Positions 9,410-16,244 of a stretch of DNA of 16,244 nt are shown here, in pieces. The notes under the pieces were generated by a model that was given only the letters and a program-made list of their open reading frames with translations, did no database searches and had not been told where the DNA came from. The position numbers and the translations under genes were made by a program. Position 1 is the stretch's first letter. Every line of letters starts with the position of its first letter. Source of the DNA: Tubiluchus corallicola (lineage: Eukaryota > Animalia > Priapulida); the NCBI GenBank assembly GCA_030141605.1, contig JAQGDQ010002061.1, positions 1 through 16,244 of the forward strand, in the 5' to 3' direction.

Positions 9410-9831
9410 GTCGGCTAAATGATGTTTTCTGTACATTTTCCAAAGTCAATCACGTGAGTGGACATATTTGCTGTACATCACAAATACATTGACTAGGTGA
9501 CGTCTTTTTGTGTATTTTCGAACTACAAATGTTTCGGTTAAACATACTTTTGCACATTTTCGAACTAGAAATGTGCGGGTTTGATAATATTTTTCACACA
9601 TTTTCTAGTAAATGAAGTTGCGTTGGTTAAACGACGGTTTTTGTGCAAATTACATATGCCTGGGACGTATGATGATATTTTGTACACGCTCAAACTACAA
9701 ATCCTTGGGCTAGATATGTTTTCTGCCCATATTCGAGCCACAAATCAATTGGTTAAATGATGTTTTCTGCCCATATTCGAGCCACAAATCCATGGGTTAG
9801 AAGATGTTTTAGCACATATTCGAACTACAAA
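9410..9831. repeat. Degenerate 42-44 bp tandem repeat in intron 4
   Basis: Recurring TTCGA(A/G)C(T/C)A(C/G)AAA core at 9517, 9559, 9732, 9776 and 9819, and recurring GATGTTTTCTG..CAT(A/T)TT motifs. Confidence 0.75.
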
Positions 9832-10237
9832 AGTGGCTGGTGGATAGCAGTGGGATGCACACTAATTTTACAAGTACCATATGTAACGAAGTGATACAAT
9901 TCTGCCAGCTCTGCTCAGTCACTGAATGAAAATTTGTTATTGTGAACTTTTCTAACCTTTGTATAATGTTACTGTTTTGTGAAAAGTAGAAAATATTGGA
10001 GTATGAAGTGTTTTAATTCTGCTATCGACTATTACAATTGTCTTCATTTGTACTGTTGAAAGTCGCTAAAAGGCGTTAGTGTTAACCTTGTCTGTTAAAT
10101 GATAAATGTCTGTTTAACTTGTTCTTTAGGCTTGATTGTTGAAATTTTATTTAGCACAGCTTTGCTTTACACAATAGAAGCACAATTCTGCAATTGTGTT
10201 CTATAATTGTGCCACTGAAGCAAAAAACTGAGTTCTT

Positions 10238-10563
10238 ACCGTGTTCAGACTAGCAAGTTTTCTGTTGCAAGTTTTCTCTCTGAAGGCAAAGTGTGAATTA
10301 CTTTGCGAGTTACTGTCGGCAAGTTATTGCAAACTTACTGATAGTTGCTGCGAGTTGATTTACAGCGAGTTACTATCTAGTGTGAACACCTCCGCGAGTT
10401 ACTCTCGATATTTCTCACAGTGAATAGAGAAGAAGTGAGTGTCAGCTCTCGCGTACTGTTGGAGAGTAACTCGCAGCAAGTTTTGCTGTCTAGTCTGAAC
10501 ACGCTTGTGAGTTACTCCGAGAGTTTACTTGGAGAGAAAACTCGCTAGTCTGAACAAAACGGT
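10238..10563. mobile_element. PIF/Harbinger-like MITE
   Basis: Ends ACCGTGTTCAGACTAGCAAGTTTTCT and AGAAAACTCGCTAGTCTGAACAAAACGGT are inverted repeats, with TTA at the left boundary. Internal TIR-like copies lie at 10377-10389 and 10490-10503, with many GAGTTACT motifs. GTTCA(G/C)ACT termini with TWA targets are typical of Harbinger elements. Confidence 0.7.
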
Positions 10564-10595
10564 CGTTATGGTTCCTTTCAAATAAGTCGCCTTAT

Positions 10596-11163
10596 TGTCA
10601 CAAAAGCCCTGAAGCCGCGCAAACCAAGTTTGGTACATTTGTTTGCACGTAATATCTATTTATGCCCGCTGTAATATACTATTCAGTAAATTACGCGGCC
10701 AGACTATTTGTCAGATCCCAGTTGCCACCTACTTGGAACACTATGAAATCATACCTAACTCTAGCCAAGTTTAAGAAAGAATTAATAATGGAAATCATAG
10801 ACAAATACCAATAACCCAAATAAATTAACTTTTAAAACAGTCCAGTATAATCCCCATACTATAATTCATAACACAGCTAGTGTTCTAACTATAATACTAG
10901 TGTAGTGTTACAGTTCAGCTAAATGCAGCGTTGACGGATATTTAACGTTAAGTATTTTGTAGTCAGTCAAATTTCTTTTTTCTCTGTCTCTTAATTTTCC
11001 TCTTTTCCTTATCCTGTACTAATCATAATTTTTCCCCGTGTTTACCTACGTTTCGCCTTTTAAGTTTTCCGTCAAACTTGGCTTCAGGGGAACTTGTGAC
11101 ACAATAGCTTGACTTCAGGTGGACTTGTAACACAATAGCTTGGCTTCAGGTGGACTTGTAACA
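10596..11163. mobile_element. Putative TGT...ACA-terminated element whose right end is triplicated as a 31-bp tandem repeat (11077-11168)
   Basis: Left TGTCACAAAAGCCCTGAAGCC...CCAAGTTTG pairs with right CAAACTTGGCTTCAGGGGAACTTGTGACA. The 31-mer CTTG(G/A)CTTCAGG..(G/A)ACTTGT(G/A)ACACAATAG starts at 11077, 11108 and 11139. No clean TSD. Confidence 0.45.
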
Positions 11164-11306
11164 CAATACAGTATTCTAACATTCTTTAAATTATGTACAT
11201 TGTTAAATTGTAAATTTATATTATCTAATACTGTAAGATTGACTCTATTAGGCGTTGTGTGATATTGAATAAACGAATCGTGAATTTTGAAAATACATCT
11301 TTGCAG

Positions 11307-11502
11307 GAACGATGAATCAATTTACGTGTATGAGAGAGATAATCTTCTGCGCATGATCAACATGATCACGAGTATGTTTGCGTACCATCGATATAAAATT
11401 GAATATGCAGAAAACATATCTAACCCAAGGATTTGTAGTTTGAACGTACAAAATATCATCATACATCCCACATTTGTAATTTGCACAAAAACCGTCGTTT
11501 AA
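11307..11502 (+). CDS. Methyltransferase exon 5, disrupted: native to about 11406, then read-through into inverted intron-4 sequence to TAA at 11502
   Basis: Acceptor catctttgcag|G completes Arg (phase 2). NDESIYVYERDNLLRMINMITSMFAYHRYKIEY fits the family RDDS.......L......I.(S/T).S.Y..Y pattern. From 11401-11407 onward the DNA is the reverse complement of 9734 and downward. Total spliced ORF is 786 nt = 261 aa plus stop. Confidence 0.75.
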
Positions 11503-11780
11503 CCAACCCAACTTCATTTACTAGAAAATGTGTGAAAAATATTAACCCAAACCCAACATTTCAGTTCGAAATGCAAAAGTACGCTTAACCTAAACATTTG
11601 TAGTTCGAAAATACACACAAAAAGACGTCAAACCTAGTCAATGTATTTGTGATGTACAGCAAATATAAAAACCACTCACGTGATTGACTTGGAAAATAAA
11701 ACATAAAACATCATTTAGCCGACGTGCTTGTATTAAAAGATGAAAGTTAAAATAAATACGGCATGTCATTTGCCTTTTAC

Positions 11781-11887
11781 CTGTAAATAGATACCTCCTC
11801 GTACGGTAAGGTGAGTCCGCTGTACTGCTCATCCACCCACGTCTTCATCCAACCCCAGTGTTTTTCGAAGCCATGATCAGTATAAAA
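11781..11887 (-). pseudogene. Inverted duplicate of methyltransferase exon 4
   Basis: Reverse complement of 9246-9352 with both splice sites intact and no difference that I could see. No exon 5 follows on this strand. Confidence 0.8.
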
Positions 11888-13058
11888 CTAAATTAAGTAC
11901 AGCATGCATTAACCCTTTCACTACGTAGTTGCTTTTTAACTGACTTTGACTTTTGAACTTTTAACAATAACTTCTTGTGGTGTGTTACTAAAACAAAATC
12001 TTGTAAATAAACAAATAACCATTTGTTATTAAACACTAACATTGAATATTAGCTTTATTTATACATGCACACACATCCGTGCACACATATATGCACGCAC
12101 GCACACACAAATAAGCACATACCTACATTTATGACAAAAGTCATATTACTAATCCATAATACGTAATTATTTTATAAGAATGCAGAACAAGTGACCAAAC
12201 ACATTTCACCAAGTATCAACAAACAATTTTGCATGAGAACATACTATGCAATGCAGTATTATGGAATGCACCTGGCTTCAGACGCTGATTGGCTGGTTAG
12301 CATTACTTGTTGCGAAGTAACACCAAAAAGCATTAAAGGACAAGAAAAGGGGTACCTGAAGTAGGTTTCAGAAAAATCGCCCTAAAAAATTATATTACTT
12401 TATAGCAATTTTATGCGTATATCTTACTCTCACAGAAAGGAATTTTAGCTTGTTTTGATTTTAAATCTCCCGCAATACTGTTCCGAAGTCGCCATTACAT
12501 GACGTCATGCACCAAACGTAAATGAAGGGAAGAGAAACAATGTTAAATTATGCCTGAAAAGACGTTCTGTGCAAATCTATATTACTTAGATTTTCGCTTA
12601 CCTACTGCAAAGACTTATGTAACTAGAAAAGAAAATTATTAATTATTTAAAATGTTTTCACCAGTTGGTAAAATGTCGCTCCACTCACTAAAATGTCGCT
12701 CTACTCACTAACCAAAAACGTATTTTTAACCTTATTGACAAGATATAGTAATTTTAAATTGTATTTAGTTAGTGACTTTAGCGCTATGCATGCTCTGATT
12801 ATTTTTTCAAACTTTACAAAATGTTACCTAAACTTGTTTCAAATGACCTGTCGTGAAAATGGCTGCGTCCAACGGTCATCGCGGGAGTTTAAATTTACAT
12901 GTTTTATACAGCGTCACTGCTGATTGAAGTTCTGCATGCAAAAAGGCAGTATGTAAGTGATATAAAATTTCGAAACGAATTTTTTAAGCTTTATGTTTAT
13001 GAAGGGTTTTCTTGTGCTTTAAAATGATAACGGTGAGTTGGATGAAAAAATACATCAC

Positions 13059-13345
13059 CTGGGTCAATTCTGTCTGGAGCTGCTCTCCCAGGCCAGGCGT
13101 GGCATGTATTAACTTAGGTAAGATGTAGGCGGATATGCTTAAGGCTCCACCTGGCTTCAGTACCCGATCCACTTCCGCAAAAAACTTTTTAATGTCGAAG
13201 AAGTGGAGTGCTTGTGAACAGTTGACAAGGTCCACAGTTCTTTCGGCCTCAGAAAGGGATTCTGCCTTTCCAACCTTGTACCGGATGTGATGGTTGGTCT
13301 CGGACTTCCGCGCAACTTGTATTTGTGTTTCACTCGCGTCAATTC
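13059..13345 (-). pseudogene. Inverted duplicate of methyltransferase exon 3
   Basis: Reverse complement of 7863-8149 with splice sites intact. Two substitutions seen: ACA>ACG (synonymous) and GCA>GAA (Ala>Glu). Exon 2 is not adjacent upstream because the arm breaks at about 14625. Confidence 0.8.
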
Positions 13346-13360
13346 CTGCAACCACAAAGA

Positions 13361-14551
13361 AGGTGGGCTTCAAAAAGGGTGGACTTCAATGAGGGTGGGC
13401 TTCAAAAAGGGTGGATTTCAGTGAGAGTGGACTTCAATGAGGATGGACTTCAATGAGGGTGGGCTTCAATGAGGGTGGGCTTCAATGAGGGTGGACTTCA
13501 ATGAGGATGGACTTCAATGAGGATGGACTTCAATGAGAGTGGGCTTCAATGAGGATGGACTTCAATGAGAGTGGGCTTCAATGAGGATGGACTTCAATGA
13601 GAGTGGGCTTCAATGAGGATGGACTTCAATGAGAGTGGGCTTCAATGAGGATGGACTTCAATGAGGGTGGGCTTCAATGAGGATGGACTTCAATGAGGAT
13701 GGACTTCAATGAGGATGGACTTCAATGAGGGTGGACTTCAATGAGGGTGGACTTCAATGAGGGTGGACTTCAATGAGAGTGGGCTTCAATGAGAGTGGAC
13801 TTCAATGAGGATGGACTTCAATGAGGGTGGGCTTCAATGAGAGTGGACTTCAATGAGGATGGACTTCAATGAGAGTGGGCTTCAATGAGGGTGGGCTTCA
13901 ATGAGGGTGGGCTTCAATGAGGATGGACTTCAATGAGGATGGACTTCAATGAGGATGGGCTTCAATGAGGGTGGGCTTCAATGAGGACGGACTTCAATGA
14001 GGGTGGGCTTCAATGAGGGTGGGCTTCAATGAGGATGGACTTCAATGAGGGTGGGCTTCAATTAGGGTGGGCTTCAATGAGGGTGGACTTCAATGAGAGT
14101 GGACTTCAATGAGGGTGGGCTTCAATTAGGGTGAACTTCAATGAGGATGGACTTCAATGAGAGTGGACTTCAATGAGGGTGGGCTTCAATTAGGGTGGGC
14201 TTCAATGAGGGTGGGCTTCAATGAGGGTGGGCTTCAATGAGGATGGACTTCAATGAGGATGGACTTCAATGAGGATGGGCTTCAATGAGGGTGGGCTTCA
14301 ATGAGGACGGACTTCAATGAGGGTGGGCTTCAATGAGGGTGGGCTTCAATGAGGATGGACTTCAATGAGGGTGGGCTTCAATTAGGGTGGGCTTCAATGA
14401 GGGTGGACTTCAATGAGAGTGGACTTCAATGAGGGTGGGCTTCAATTAGGGTGAACTTCAATGAGGATGGACTTCAATGAGGTGGACTTCAATGAGGGTG
14501 GGCTTCAATTAGGGTGGTCTTCAATGAGGATTGACTTCAATCAGTTGGGCA
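13361..14551 (-). repeat. Inverted copy of the 16-bp minisatellite, about 74 units
   Basis: GG(A/G)CTTCAATGAGG(A/G)T units, about 1190 bp versus about 770 bp in the plus copy. Confidence 0.97.
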
Positions 14552-14621
14552 TAAAAGGTGTATCACACCCTTAAGCCAAAAAACATAAAAAGACCAAGAA
14601 TAAAGGAAAAATGGCAGAAGA

Positions 14622-16244
14622 AAAAGAGGAAAATTAAGAAAAAAAGAAATTTGATCAACTACAAAATACTTAACGTTAAATATCCGTCAACGCTGTATTT
14701 AGATGAACTGTGACATCACACTAGTATTATAGTTAGAACACTAGCTGTGTTATGAATTATAGTATGGGGATTATACTGGACTGTTTTAAAAGTTAATTTA
14801 TTTGGGTTATTGGTATTTGTCTATGATTTCCATTATTAATTCTTTCTTAAACTTGGCTAGAGTTAGGTATGATTTCATAGTGTTCCAAGTAGGTGGCAAC
14901 TGGGATCTGACAAATATTCTGGCCGCGTAATTTACTGAATAGTATATTACAGCTGGCATAAATACATATTACGTGTAAACAAATGTGCCAAACTTGGCTT
15001 CCGCGGCTTCAGGGTTTTTGTGACAATAAGACGACTTATTTGAAAGGAACCATAACGACCGTTTTGTTCAGACTAGCGAGTTTTCTCTCCAAGTAAACTC
15101 TCCGAGTAACTCACAAACATGTTCAGACTAGAGAGCAAAACTTGCTGCGAGTTACTCTCCTTCAGTAAGCGTGAGCTCTCACACACTTCTCTATTCACTG
15201 TGAGAAATATCGAGAGTAACTCGCGGAGGCGTTCACACTAGATAGTAACTCGCAGGAAATCAACTCGCTACAATTATAGGAGAGTTTGCAATAACTTGCC
15301 GACAGCAACTAGCAAAGTAGTTCACACTTTGCCTTCAGAGAGAAAACTTGCAACAGAAAACTTGCTAGTCTGAACACGGTAAGAACTCAGTTTTTGCTTC
15401 AGTGGCACAATTATAGAACACAATTGCAGAATTGTGCTTCTATTGTGTAAAGCAAAGTTGTGCTAAATAAAATTTCAACTATCAAGCCTTAAGAACAAGT
15501 TAAACAGACATTTATCATTTATCATTTATCATTTATCATTTAACAGACAAGGTTAACACTAACGCCTTTTAGCGACTTTCAACAGTACAAATGAAGACAA
15601 TTGTAATAGTCGATAGCAGAATTAAAACACTTCATACTCCAATATTTTCTACTTTTCACAAAACAGTAACATTATACAAAGGTTAGAAAAGTTCACAATA
15701 ACAAATTTTCATTCAGTGACTGAGCAGAGCTGACAGAATTGTATCACTTCGTTACATATGGGTACTTGCAAAATTAGTGTGCATCCCACTGCTATCCACC
15801 AGCCACTTTTGTAGTTCGAATATGTGCTAAAACATCTTCTAACCCATGGATTTGTGGCTCGAATATGGGCAGAAAACATCATTTAACCAATTGATTTGTG
15901 GCTCGAATATGGGCAGAAAACATATCTAACCCAAGGATTTGTAGTTTGAACGTGTACAAAATATCATCATACATCCCACGCATTTGTAATTTGCACAAAA
16001 ACCGTCGTTTAACCAACGCAACTTCATTTACTAGAAAATGTGTGAAAAATATTATCAAACCCGCACATTTCTAGTTCGAAAATGTGCAAAAGTACGTTTA
16101 ACCGAAACATTTGTAGTTCGAAAATACACAAAAAGACGTCACCTAGTCAATGTATTTGTGATGTACAGCAAATATGTCCACTCACGTGATTGACTTTGGA
16201 AAATGTACAGAAAACATCATTTAGCCGACGTGCTTGTATTAAAA
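14622..16244 (-). repeat. Inverted duplication arm B' (reverse complement of about 9395-11006), running off the window
   Basis: Continuous reverse-complement match to intron 4, including the Harbinger-like MITE and the 43-bp repeat. Position 16244 corresponds to 9395, about 40 bp short of another exon 4. Confidence 0.97.
15058..15380. mobile_element. Duplicated copy of the Harbinger-like MITE (co-duplicated with its flanks, not an independent insertion)
   Basis: Reverse complement of 10238-10563 with matching flanking sequence. Confidence 0.7.

Larger units (their letters stand above)
11401..14628 (-). repeat. Inverted duplication arm A' (reverse complement of about 7001-9734)
   Basis: Continuous reverse-complement match covering the start of intron 4, exon 4, intron 3, exon 3, the 16-bp minisatellite and the end of the polypyrimidine tract. 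The ORF track shows mirrored ORFs (7835 vs 13373; 9301 vs 11832). Confidence 0.97.

Noticed and set aside
9301-9492. 63-aa ORF conserved in two copies (also 11638..11832)
   Set aside because: It is the wrong frame of exon 4 plus intron; the conservation simply reflects the recent duplication.
10168-10212. Short imperfect hairpin (ATAGAAGCACAATT-CTGC-AATTGTGTTCTAT) as a miRNA or terminator
   Set aside because: The stem is short and AT-rich and sits next to a MITE; there is no supporting evidence, and intrinsic terminators do not apply in this eukaryotic context.
9207-11926. piggyBac element defined by the TTAA-CCCTTT ends at 9224 and 11909
   Set aside because: The two ends face away from each other and are the same site copied by the inverted duplication; no transposase is present.
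7001-14628. Giant foldback or Polinton-like transposon with kilobase TIRs
   Set aside because: The arms consist of host exons and introns, no transposase, integrase or polymerase is encoded, and no TSD is seen.

Overview
AT-rich, repeat-rich, intron-containing eukaryotic DNA, most likely from an invertebrate animal; there is no prokaryotic content. Two genes sit head-to-head. On the minus strand are the first three coding exons of an integrin alpha subunit (2950-2748, 1555-1431, 1095-944), which continues beyond the left edge. On the plus strand is a five-exon class I SAM-dependent methyltransferase of the Methyltransf_11 / DDB_G0268948-like type (5701-5802, 6571-6664, 7863-8149, 9246-9352, 11307-). 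Most of these exons are absent or mis-framed in the ORF track and were rebuilt from splice sites and matching intron phases. The main structure is a complex inverted duplication. Exon 5 is cut at about 11406 and joined to an inverted copy of 7001-9734 (exons 3 and 4 plus a 16-bp minisatellite). That copy is joined at about 14622 to a second inverted copy of 11006 down to 9395 that runs off the window. Both junctions show microhomology, and the two minus-strand copies share variants absent from the plus copy. This is either a real tail-to-tail rearrangement able to make kilobase dsRNA and a chimeric C-terminus, or a haplotype/long-read mis-assembly; the sequence alone cannot decide. Introns and the intergenic region hold several MITE-like elements, a tRNA-derived SINE relic, and micro- and minisatellites.
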